Below the pieces are notes generated by a model, which had not been told where the DNA came from, made no database searches, and saw only the letters and a list, made by a program, of their open reading frames with translations. DNA of 64,000 bases from Macrostomum lignano (lineage: Eukaryota), in NCBI GenBank assembly GCA_002269645.1, contig NIVC01003223.1:1-64000 (forward strand). The letters run 5' to 3'. This document shows positions 11,752 through 22,780 of the stretch, piece by piece. Position 1 is the first letter of the stretch, and every line of letters starts with the position of its first letter. Position numbers and translations under genes: made by a program.

Positions 11752-14700
11752 ATGGTACTCGAAGCCACCGTGATCTGCGTAGACAATTCCGATTACGCTC
11801 GGAATGGCGATTTTGTGCCCACAAGACTGCTGGCCCAGCAGGACGCTGTCAGTTTGGTTTGCCATTCTAAGAAGTCCAACGCTGAGAATACGGTAAGAAA
11901 ATATCGCGTACATGCATGTCGGTGTGCGTTTGTTCATTGGTTTTATTGGTTAATTGCTAGTGCCGATATGTATCGAAAGTTAACTTTAACAGCTTTCATT
12001 TACAAGGAAAAAGTTAAGTTGAGTTCAGTTGCCGATATGTATCGAAATTTTTATTATTTATTCAATCCTGTTAGGTCGGTTTAATCTGCATGGCTGGCGC
12101 CGAAGTGCTGGTGACTCTGTCCCCGGACGCCCAGAAGGTCATGTCCCGGCTGCAGTCTGTGCAGCCCCGGGGCAGCATCCAGTTTAGTACATCGATTCGC
12201 ATCGCTCACTTGGCCCTGCGACACAGGCAGAGTCGAAATCAGCGAATGCGCATTGTGGCCTTCGTTGGCTCGCCTATTGCCGAGGACGAGAAGGTTAGCT
12301 CAATTTTGGGCTTTGATACCAATTAGGGATATTTTATTGATATGTATCCCAATTGGGGATATTGTATTGATAGTTATCCCAATTGGGGATATTGTATTGA
12401 TAGTTATCCCAATTAGGGATATTGTATTGATAGTTATCCCAATTAGGGATATTTTATTTATATTTATCCCAATTAGGGATATTGTATTGATAGTTATCCC
12501 AATTAGGGATATTGTATTGATAGTTATCCCTAGTTATCCCTATAGTTTAATTAATTGAGAATTTCATTCATAACTTATGTTACCAGGATCTGATTCGCCT
12601 GGGCAAACGGCTTAAAAAGGAGAATGTCAGTCTAGACGTGGTCAACTTTGGCGAGGAGGAGGCCAACCAGACCAAACTGACCGCCATGCTGGATGCTGTG
12701 AATGGCAAAGACGGCACCGGCTCTCATCTGGTTACCGTTACGGCCGGATCTATGCTTCACGATAGCCTGATGGTGAGGGACCGACTGTTACTGGGTTCAT
12801 TTGAACCGCCTTGTGACTCCCATGAGAATCTCTCTCACTCCCATGAGAATCTCTCTCACTCCCATGAGAATCTCTCTCACTCCCATGAGAATCTCTCTCT
12901 CACTCAGGAGAATCTCTCTCTCACTCCCATGAGAATCTCTCTCACTCTCAGGAGAATCTCTCTCTCACTCCCATGAGAATCTCTCTCTCACTCCCATGAG
13001 AATCTCTCTCACTCCCATGAGAATCTCTCTCACTCCCATGAGAATCTCTCTCACTCCCATGAGAATCTCTCTCTCTCTCTCACTCCCATGAGAATCTCTC
13101 TCTCACTCCCATGAGAATCTCTCTCACTCCCATGAGAATCTCTCTCACTCCCATGAGAATCTCTCTCTCACTCCCATGAGAATCTCTCTCTCACTCCCAT
13201 GAGAATCTCTCTCTCACTCCCATGAGAATCTCTCTCACTCCCATGAGAATCTCTCTCACTCCCATGAGAATCTCTCTCTCACTCCGGAGAATATCTCTCT
13301 CACTCCCATGAGAATCTCTCTCACTCTCAGGAGAAACGCCCCCCCCCTGACTTCCATAAAAATCGCCCTCTGACTCTCACTGGAATCTCCCTGTGACTCA
13401 TGAGAATCACCCTCTGACACTCATGAGAATCGCCCTATGACTCTGACGAGAATCACCCTCTGAATCTAACGAGAATCACCCTCTGAATCTAACGAGAATC
13501 GCCCTCTGACTCTCACGAGAATCAACCTCTGAATCCAACGAGAATCGCCCTCTGACTCTCACGAGAATCACCCTCTGAATCCAACGAGAATCGCCCTCTG
13601 ACTCTCACGAGAATCACCCTCTGAATCTAACGAGAATCGCCCTCTGACTCTCACGAGAATCACCCTCTGAATCCAACGAGAATCGCCCTCTGACTCTCAC
13701 GAGAATCACCCTCTGAATCTAACGAGAATCTCCCTTACTCTCACGAGAATCACCCTCTGAATCTAACGAGAATCTCCCTTACTCTCACGAGAATCACCCT
13801 CTGAATCCAACGAGAATCGCCCTTACTCTCACGGGAATCGGCCCCTGACTCTCACAAGAATCGCCCTGACTCTCACGAGAATCGCCCTGACTCACGAGAA
13901 TCGCCCTGACTCACGAGAATCGGCCCCTGACTCATAAGAATCGCCCTCTGACTATCATAAGAATCGCCCCTTCAATCCCTCAGGTAAGCCCAATCGTTGT
14001 CGGCGAAGACGGCGCCGGCTCGCTGCCGCCGGGCTACGGCGGCGGCTACGACTTCGGCGTCGACGCCCAGGACGACCCGGAGCTGGCACTGGCTCTGCGC
14101 GTCTCCATGGAGGAGCAGCGGGCCAGGCAGGAGCAGCAAAACGCCAATCAGGAGGGCTCCGGCAGCCTAGCCGGCGGTGTTGTGGCCGCCTCGACTGGCG
14201 CCGGCACCGGCGCTGGCAGCGAAGCGCCGCGCAACGCCGAGGAGGCGATGCTGGCTAGGGTTATGGGTGGCGCTGATACTGGTTAGAAACTGTTTTGTTA
14301 ATCTGTATTGTAAAACTCTCTGTATGCCTACTATCAGTAGCTAATAAATGCCTTTTAATTGGTTCAAATTGCCACGAAACTGGCCCTCTAAAAGTAGCTT
14401 CTAGGAGTCACTCTGATAAGAATTAGGAGTGACTCTGCTTAGGATTAGGAGTGACTCTCTGAGGATTAGGAGTGACTCTCTGGCGATTAGGAGTGACTCT
14501 ACTGAGATTAGGAGTGACTGTGATGAGGATTAGGAGTGAAGGAGTGACTGTGATGAGGATTAGGAGTGAAGAAGTGACTGTGATGAGGATTAGGAGTGAA
14601 GGAGTGACTGTGATGAGGATTAGGAGTGAAGGAGTGACTGTGATGAGGATTAGGAGTGACTGTGATGAGGATTAGGAGTGACTGTGATGAGGATTAGGAG

Positions 14701-15230
14701 TGACTGTGATGATGATTAGGAGTGACTCTCTGATGATTAGAAGTGACTCTCTGAGGGTTAGGAGTGACTCGGTTAAACCTGCCGCCTTCGCAGGCGTCTC
14801 CATGGACACGGACATCGACATGCTGGCCAGCATGACTGAAGATGAGCAAATCGCGATGGCACTGCGCATGTCCCTCCAACCCGAGCTTGGCGCCGAGACC
14901 CCGGCGCCAACTGCCAGTGCCGCGGCCGCCGCTGCGGGCGGCGCCGGCGCCGCTTCTGGCGCCGCTTCTGGCTCGTCTAGCGAAGGCCGCCTCGATCCGC
15001 CCAGCAAGAAAATCAAAGTCGACCCGTCCGAAGATCTCAAATCCGGCTCGGCAGCCGCCGATGACGACGAGGCCCTCGAGGACCCGGAATTCCTGGAAAG
15101 CGTGCTCCAAGGCCTGCCGGGCGTGGACCCGAAATCCGCCGAAGTTCAAGCCGCCCTGCGCAATAGGAAGCGCGACAAAGACGGCGGCAATGAGGGCGGC
15201 AGCGGCGGCGGCGGCAGCGGAGCCGCTTGA
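11752..15230 (+). CDS. PSMD4: 26S proteasome non-ATPase regulatory subunit 4 (Rpn10/S5a)
   Basis: Exons 11752-11892, 12075-12293, 12587-12772, 13984-14281, 14794-15230, all GT-AG and in phase (426 aa). VWA domain ([26 protein letters not shown]; HLALRHRQ; RIVAFVGSP; [18 protein letters not shown]). UIM1 [19 protein letters not shown]2 [15 protein letters not shown]-terminal [17 protein letters not shown]. Confidence 0.97.
12318..12540. repeat. Intronic 30-bp minisatellite (CCCAATTAGGGATATTGTATTGATAGTTAT)
   Basis: About 7 copies in PSMD4 intron 2. Confidence 0.9.
12815..13970. repeat. Compound intronic minisatellite: 21-25 bp CCCATGAGAATC(TC)nACT, then 22-23 bp GAGAATCGCCCTCTGACTCTCAC
   Basis: Fills PSMD4 intron 3. 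Confidence 0.95.
14395..14772. repeat. Intronic 22/30-bp minisatellite (GAGGATTAGGAGTGACTGTGAT)
   Basis: Fills PSMD4 intron 4 up to near the acceptor at 14793. Confidence 0.9.
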
Positions 15231-15367
15231 TTCATTAATTTTATTACCTGCTTTATTAATCCTTACCTATTACTGCCTGACTAAAAACTCGTTGGTTTGT
15301 TTTCGGCTCTTATTAATTAACTGCGCGCCTCTTTTGTTATTCTTAGGAGAAACTATTAAGATATGGC

Positions 15368-15565
15368 TACCTAGCAACGGGTGTGTTTACCTTGGATACC
15401 GGGAGTGTTTACCTTGGATACCGGCAGTTTATCGGATTTTCCGTGTAGCTTAAATACTCTGCATAGCAACGGGTGTGTTTACCTTGGATACCGGTAGTTT
15501 TGCGGATTTTCCGTGAAGCTTAAACACTCTGCATAGCAACGGGTGTGTTTACCTTGGATACCGCT
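15368..15565. repeat. ~70-bp tandem repeat x3 (TAGCAACGGGTGTGTTTACCTTGGATACCGG...) downstream of PSMD4
   Basis: Three recognisable copies. Confidence 0.8.
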
Positions 15566-16917
15566 ACCTATAGTGAACAGAAAATTGCTTCCTTATCTAC
15601 CGCCCTACCATAACTACGCGACTTAAGTTGCCTTGGGTACCAACGACTCCCTGTGTACTTTTATATTTTCAGCAAAGCTATGTACTATTAAATCAATTCA
15701 AAAGTTTGTCAATACTTGTACGATCTATTTGCATCCGTAATAAAGCGAACACCACTATAATAAAAGTTTATATTTTCCTATATTCCGCTCCAATTCGGCT
15801 TGTCTAAACTACTTCAAGTAGCACTGCATGAATATGACTATTCAATTTGCTAATAAAGAATCAAATTGGCAATTGGCATTTTTTCTGCAAAAAAGCAAAT
15901 AAAATTTAAAGTGCGTACTAATACGATCATTTAGCTTTGTCACCTCTTTTCCCCAAGTCTTTTAACTTCAGCAAAAAAGTTTAAATAATACTAAACAATG
16001 GGAATATCTGCCGTCTTGCGCTTCATATGCTGTTGCTGCTAAAAGAAGACAAATTTTGCCTGGCCTGAAAGGCATCAATTGTTTGACTTTGTTTTCGTGT
16101 TTTCTTTAATAAAACTGACCCAACGAAACATGCCAAGTGGACTACTCGCGAAAACCAGATGAAGCCTTCATTTATTGATTCGTCCTTGAAATGCAGATTA
16201 TTTGTAATCTTGATCGCATGCTATAAAGTGTAAACCACATTGTTGTTCAGGCATCGCGCGTCCTTCGAGTCATAAAAATACAGTAAGATGGCTGCTGTAT
16301 GCTGTCACGTTATTTTTTGTTTACTAAGCACAGTGGCCAGTGGGTAGCTTTGGTCTCAGAATTAGCACGGCCCAAGAGTCCAAAATCCAGACCAGACAAT
16401 GTGCCTTAGTCACCTGATGATGCTGGCAGCCTCAGGGCAGACCACAGATATTATAGTAATCTACAGACAGACAGACAGACATCAAGAGAGTTGAGTGAGA
16501 ATTACAGTATGCAATGGAATTCTTCGCTTCTCTCGAAGAGTCGCAGTAAATACTGGTATAAAGCCTGTTTCTTTCATTGTCAGCACGCCTCAGACAGGAT
16601 TCTGTGAGCGTCTTAAGGTCGTTATTTGACGGCGAATGTACATATGAAATGTACGCAACCCTAGAGAGGGAGAGAGAGTGGGGAGGGTGTTAAATTCTGG
16701 CACTCCAATTTAAAGACTTTCTAGTGGAAAATTCCACTCCAATAGAACCTTGTGTGTCCGTTTACTTATTGGCTACAATAATCACTCAACCCCAAAGCGC
16801 CACCCTCCCCTATCCCCTACTAGCGAGACCCCCTCCAACCCCCCCCTCCCCTCTATAAATTATCGGACGAAAGCGCAGTTGAGGCTTCGCCTGCCTTCTT
16901 TTTTGACACATTTTTAA

Positions 16918-18772
16918 ATGGAGTCAATTCTGGGTAAGTTTAACAATTTGGTTGTTATTGTTGCTTATCTGATGATATTATTGTTTGTGCTGTTTTAGTA
17001 ATCAGTGCAGTGGCTGTAAAATTACTAATTAGTGTAGATACCCTTAAGCGAGTGCTCAACATGTACTTTTAGATCTCTTAATACTATTACTAGTTTACTA
17101 ACTTTTAACTTGCGTTTTTCAATACGTTTCACGGTGTTATCAATAGGAATTCTATAGAAAATTTGGAGCAATATGATGGCAATTTAGATAAGCAAGCTTG
17201 ACCAACTTTAACTCTTGCTCTTACAAATTATATACAATGTGTATGTATTGTCTGTATAGACTAAGCACTATAGGCCTTCTAAACACTGTCGGATCGGACA
17301 CTTTCTGTAATTTTATCCGTTTTTGCAGCCATGTTGATTCGACTGGAAAATTTCCAGGAAATTGGCGTAGAAAATTTCCAGGAAATTGCGCATCTGAAAT
17401 TTCCAGGAAATTGGCGTAGAAATTATTTTATGCTTTCAAAGAGAGTGCGCATCTGGAATTTCCTGGAAATTTTCGAGAAAAAATGATAAGAAATGACTAC
17501 AATGCACTATGCAAGGTTGCACTGGTAGAGGTATAGGTACCCTGTAGCAAAAAGACAGTTCGTGTACACTGCCCAGTTGCAGACTTGCAAACTTTCCCAC
17601 CCTTTGCGCACTCGTATTGGCCTACAAGGCAGCGATAGACAGTCAGACAATCTCACGCCCACCCTCTGCGACAGCGTCAAACCTAAAGGTTCTGTTCTCT
17701 GAAAAATCATGTGATGCTTTGGTAGAACTTCATAGTCCTCGTTGTACAAACTTTCATATGCTATTATACTACTTAGTTGCCTCAGCAGTAGCGTATGTAC
17801 ATGTATGCAGAAATACTTTCATAACAAGCTTGAAACAACTCAATCGTTCCAACCCCGCTCCTCTTCTCCTCCGTTGTCAGGGTAAACAACCTGAAATCCC
17901 AGAGGTGATCCTCGGCTGAGCAGGCCCGGCGGTGGCGGTGCCGGTAGTCGTGCTTTTTGTGCGGAGTCTGGCAAAAGAAAACAAACACAAAACTTCTCTA
18001 CTTAACTTCCTGATGTCAGTCGAAACACAGAATCACCACAACCTGCATCGTCGCTGCTGTTCAACATCGCCTCCGTCCGGCGCCCATCAGGATGGAGGAG
18101 CCGACGGTGATTTCGAATGCGACTATCATTGGTCAGATTTGAATGCCAGATAAGATCGTTGTAGCAATCAGCAACAGTAGTCGTTTTCTAATGGAACTGA
18201 AAAAGGCACGTAATGGCGGCGGCGTACCGGCCGCTGTGCAGCGTCGAAGTTACGAGAACAATGTCACCTGGTTTCAGTTCATTCTCGATAGTCAAGAGGA
18301 CGGTCGTCTGGTGCCAAAGCGGCAGCAGCAACAGCGGCATGTGACTATTTGGCACGTGTGGCACGCGGACAGTGTCGTTGTCAAGGAACCGGAGTCGGAA
18401 ACATCAGGCCGGAGTTACACCGTCCGTCTGCCGAGGAAGTCGCCAGATTCAATCGGGACTGAGGCAGTCATCGAGGATGTGTTCGGCATGGCTTTTAAGA
18501 TCGAAAGCTCGACGGATTACCAGCAGTTTTTGAGCAGTTACCATCGAATCGAGTGCCAGCAGGTGACTGGAGCATCGTCGGTTCCTATCGGAGGATCGCC
18601 AAGTATCTATAAAACACTTGTTGAAGTTGGCGACGCCGCTTCAGACCAGCTGGACGCGGTGCGCATCCGGGAGGTGCTGAATGATGTACACCTGTTCCAG
18701 TCGGGGCAGGTGGACATTGCGAACAACGCGACAGATGGAGTGCCGTCCTCTGCGCTGTTGATTGAGTACTGA
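16918..18772 (+). CDS. Small hypothetical protein, possibly PH-like (EVH1/RanBD-type) fold
   Basis: A 209-aa non-repetitive ORF at 18143-18772 is secure. Tentative 5' extension: exon 16918-16933 (MESIL, donor GTAAGT, TATAAAT at 16854), exon 18020-18106, a 43-nt intron, then exon 18150-18772, all phase 1. The motif FGMAFKIESSTDYQQFLSSYHRIE resembles the last strand plus helix of PH-like folds. The fold call is weak inference. Confidence 0.45.
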
Positions 18773-19224
18773 TTGAGTACTGATCATTGTGCATTGATGA
18801 CGCGCGAATTTGACTAAGTCTCACTGAGCATACTAAATAATTAAGTAGTACTTGTTCAACATTTCTGCTCAGTTGATCGGCACCGATGCAACACCCGCTT
18901 GGTCGCTGACTAAATACAAGTTATAACAAACATCTTTAGAACCTAGCTGCTTGTTTGTATTGCGTTTAATTTTCTTTTTGGTGCATGCAATCGCTGTATA
19001 GTTGTAGCCCTTACTGTCAATGAATCGCTACATGTAGTAGTTAGTAAATCAGATTTGATTAAGTGTGGGAGCGAAAGTTTGAGCGCTTTGTACTCGTACG
19101 TTGACCTTAATTGTCTATGAGCGTACCTATAGTACCTAAGCCTGGAAAGCAACACAGCACGAGAATTCGGATCGCAAGGAACACAGAGGTGAAGCAACGG
19201 CCTCCACACAAACTTCAATCCGGA

Positions 19225-19500
19225 GGCTCCGGAAGTGGACTTTTCCTCGGTCTCAAATTGGACTCTTCCTGATTGGTCTCACAGTGGACTCTTCCTCAGT
19301 CTCACAGTGGACTCTTCCTCGGTCTCACAGTGGACTCTTCCTCAGTCTCACAGTGGACTCTTCCTCGGTCTCACAGTGGACTCTTCCTCAGTCTCACAGT
19401 GGACTCTTTCTCAGTCTCACAGTGGACTCTTCCTCAGTCTCGCAGTGGACTCTTCCTCGGTCTCAAATTGGACTCTTCCTCGGTCTCACAGTGGACTCTC
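19225..19500. repeat. 23-bp minisatellite (TCTCACAGTGGACTCTTCCTCAG)
   Basis: About 12 tandem copies between two convergent genes. Confidence 0.9.
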
Positions 19501-19771
19501 CAAGTGTACACCTTTAGCCGTCTCCAAGCAGACAGAATCTGTTTCAGACAGCACTCCTCAAGCGAATTAATTAGCCACTCAGAAGCTCAAAATTAAATAA
19601 GAACTCAGTTTCTTCTGCATACACAGAAGCTTGCATATACGAGCGTGTATATTTGCAACTTGAATTTCTGCTTTTGTTATAACGGATTACAAAATTTAAT
19701 TATTACAATCAAGTTAGTTTTTGGGTGGCACTTTGAGCAATTGTATACTTAATCAAATAAAATTTGCCCAA

Positions 19772-21014
19772 TCACTGCAAAGGTGGGCAGTCCTGGTGCA
19801 GGAAATTCCTCGGCTGGATGACGCCCTTCTGTCGTTCCACATCGCTAGCCAGGTGAGTGAGGGCCGCCTCGGCCACCTCAGGATCGGCCTCCTGGTTGAG
19901 ACTGTACAGGTACAGGTACAGCCGTTTCCAGGTGTCGAAATTCATTCGAGCCGGGCCGCCCTCCGGATCGGCTGTGAGCTGCTCGCAGATCAGCTTCATC
20001 GTGTCGGTCAGGTCACCGCAGAGCGAGGCGCAAGCAACAGAGAAGAACTTCAGCCATTCCACTTTGCCTGTGAAGTCGCCAACCTTTGTGTTGGGAAACG
20101 GATAGAGTGCATTTCATAGTTGGGCGGATCGGGAAGTAGCACTGTTGGATCTAGATTTAATTATAATTGCGCCTGGTTATCTAATTATAATTGCGCCTGA
20201 TTATCTAATTGGAATTGCGCCTGATTATCTAATTGGAATCGCGCCTAGTTATCTAATTATAATTGCGCCTGATTATCTAATTGGAATTGCGCCTGATTAT
20301 CTAATTGGAATCGCGCCTAGTTATCTAATTATAATTGCGCCTGATTATCTAATTGGAATTGCGCCTGATTATCTAATTGGAATTGCGCTTGGTTATCTAA
20401 TTGGAATTGCGCTTGGTTATCTAATTGGAATTGCGCTTGATTATCTAATTTTAGTTGCACTTGGTTATTTAGTTGGAATTACGAATAGCAATTTTTTAAT
20501 TGTGTAACATTAGTATGAGAGAAATGTGTCACCATCAATCAGGAATGTGCTTTTGTCCAGCAGGAAGGCTCAGTGTGAAAGAACTTAATTAATATTCTAA
20601 AAAGAATGTATGGTTCATGGCTGAACTATCTAATCTAACAGAACCAACCTGCAGCAGCTCCTGAAGCCGCTCTGACGGCAGATTGATTGCCCGCCATTTT
20701 TCGGCAATTTCGTCCACCTCGACCTGCTTCTTCGGGCCCAGCTGTTTATTCAATACTCGCAACAGACCAGGCGTCAGTCCCGAGTCAGTCTTTTGGGTCG
20801 CCACCGCCATCTCAAGTCGCTCCTTCACTGGCGGCGTCTCGGCGTTGGCCATCGCTCGAAAATAGGCGGCAGACCACTGAAGCACATCCTGCGGCTGCGT
20901 GCGAATGGCCGATTTGGTGTACTGCTTTAGCACGTCGGGTAGGCTGGGGGGAATCTGGATCTGCTCAGAGCAGTAGTACGGATCCTCTGGGTCTTCCTTT
21001 TTGTCGCGGGTCAT
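19772..21014 (-). CDS. ROPN1L: Ropporin-1-like protein (RIIa D/D domain; radial spoke RSP11/ASP homolog)
   Basis: Exons 21014-20649 and 20083-19772 (225 aa), phase 0. QIQIPPSLPDVLKQYTKSAIRTQPQDVLQWSAAYF, ATQKTDSGLTPGLLRVLNKQ and ICEQLTADPEGGPARM match the ropporin/ROPN1L family. Confidence 0.93.
20148..20485. repeat. Intronic 24-bp minisatellite (GATTATCTAATTGGAATTGCGCCT)
   Basis: About 13 copies in the ROPN1L intron. Confidence 0.9.
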
Positions 21015-22780
21015 ATTGACAGATTATTTTGGCTGAAATAAAAACAATTATTACAGATATTATTACAGTATTAACAATATTATTACAGAGCTGGTATCCA
21101 GAGAGGTATTTCCAGTTCTATTTTAAGACGAAGGTCAATCTGAAGAGTGAAGATCCTGTTTCGCAAGGTTCCAAACGGATGAGGTTCCAGACGACGGTGA
21201 AAGAGTTTCTCTTTGGGCTTGCAGCGATCGAGGAGCCTACTTTGTGAGTATGCCCCATTTGCCATTAAAAATTGTAGTCAATTTCCAATTAAGCGAGGTG
21301 CTACAAAGTAAATACCGTACCCTTAATTTCATTCAAATACTTAAGATACGAATAATAATTATAGCTGTCGAGCTTTAGTAGAATTTCGATTTATTGTCAT
21401 GCTTACAAATTGCAGCACATTATCCAAATTCCTAATTCTCTTTCTGTATAAGAAATAGCCATACACATAACACATATAAACGAAAAACCAATGCAGTTGC
21501 AGTAAGTTAATTAATCTATTCGATGATTGCAACGAAAATTAGTCTATGAGAAAGCAGGCTCAACATAATAATTAAGCTTTCACCCTAAATATGTAAATAG
21601 AATCAACAATCAACGAGTCTTTCAATTAAAAGCATAACTTTTTCTTAAGAAAATAACGTATGGCTCGAATTTTCAAGTGAGAAACGCATGAAATGAAATC
21701 AATATAAATATTATTTATTAAAAGCTTAAAACAGAAAAAGGTGCCGACTAAAACTGTTAGTTATTAAGCTTACCCTAGTTCGATTTAAAAAGCAAAATTT
21801 ATGTTGTTCGTTATGTAAAGAAAGTAGTCAATGCTGTTAGTATTGGCGCTGTCGCATGCAAAAAAATCGAATTTAATACCAAAGTCGAAAAATTAGGTAA
21901 CCAATGTTGCTATAATAGTGCATAAGTAAATATTATGTTTAATTTTTATTTAATAAAATTTTGCTTATTTTTTTGTAACTATATTACTGTAGTATATGAT
22001 TTTTGTGTCTTTGACAAAGGTTTTCTTATAATGCAAATCTATGAACTCTAAAAATAGGCGGTAAATCAAGCTTCTTTGATCTCAAGAATATTTTTATTGC
22101 ACCAGCACCACGCAATACAAATCGAACTTATCCCAGCCTTCTTTCAATGTTTTAGCTTTGCAAGAAATACAACAAATAGTTCGAATGCTCTGTTATATAA
22201 AATGTGTCTATCATTCTTTAATGCAACAATTTTATTAGAAATTTAGTTAAATTTGCAACCTTAGCCTTAACATCTTAAAGATGTTACTTTACTTTAAGAT
22301 GTTAACATCTTAACCATTTGTGGCAATGTACCCATTATTATAAAGATAAATGTTTTTTTATTATATAGGATTATTATTAGCCATTAATGGTCCAAACCCT
22401 GAATACTTTTCTGTGTTTTAATCTGTGCTACATACTACATTAGATACTTTAGCATAAAGGATTATACCAATAAACTCCTAATAGTATTAGTATGATAACA
22501 TCCAATGATAAATTACTTTTCTCAAGGAAAATATATCAATGATAATTAAATATTATCATATTTAAAAAAATTCTCTTTGAATGTCTTAATTTTTAGGCAG
22601 AGCAAAATGTAGAGTTAAGATTTTTAAAATTTAAGTGCATTATAATTTACATTATAATAAATACAGTATTTTGTATCACAATTATTCCTGATCAAGTCAT
22701 CACCTAAATCTACTTTAACAACACTTGCATTTAGACTATTAAGTGTCGCATCGAGTCAAGTTTCACTACTAAAAGTAGTC

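Noticed and set aside
14672-15453. Alternative-frame and antisense ORFs over the last PSMD4 exon (likewise over SLBP and LRRK exons)
   Set aside because: Shadow ORFs expected from GC-rich coding DNA; the homologous frame is unambiguous.
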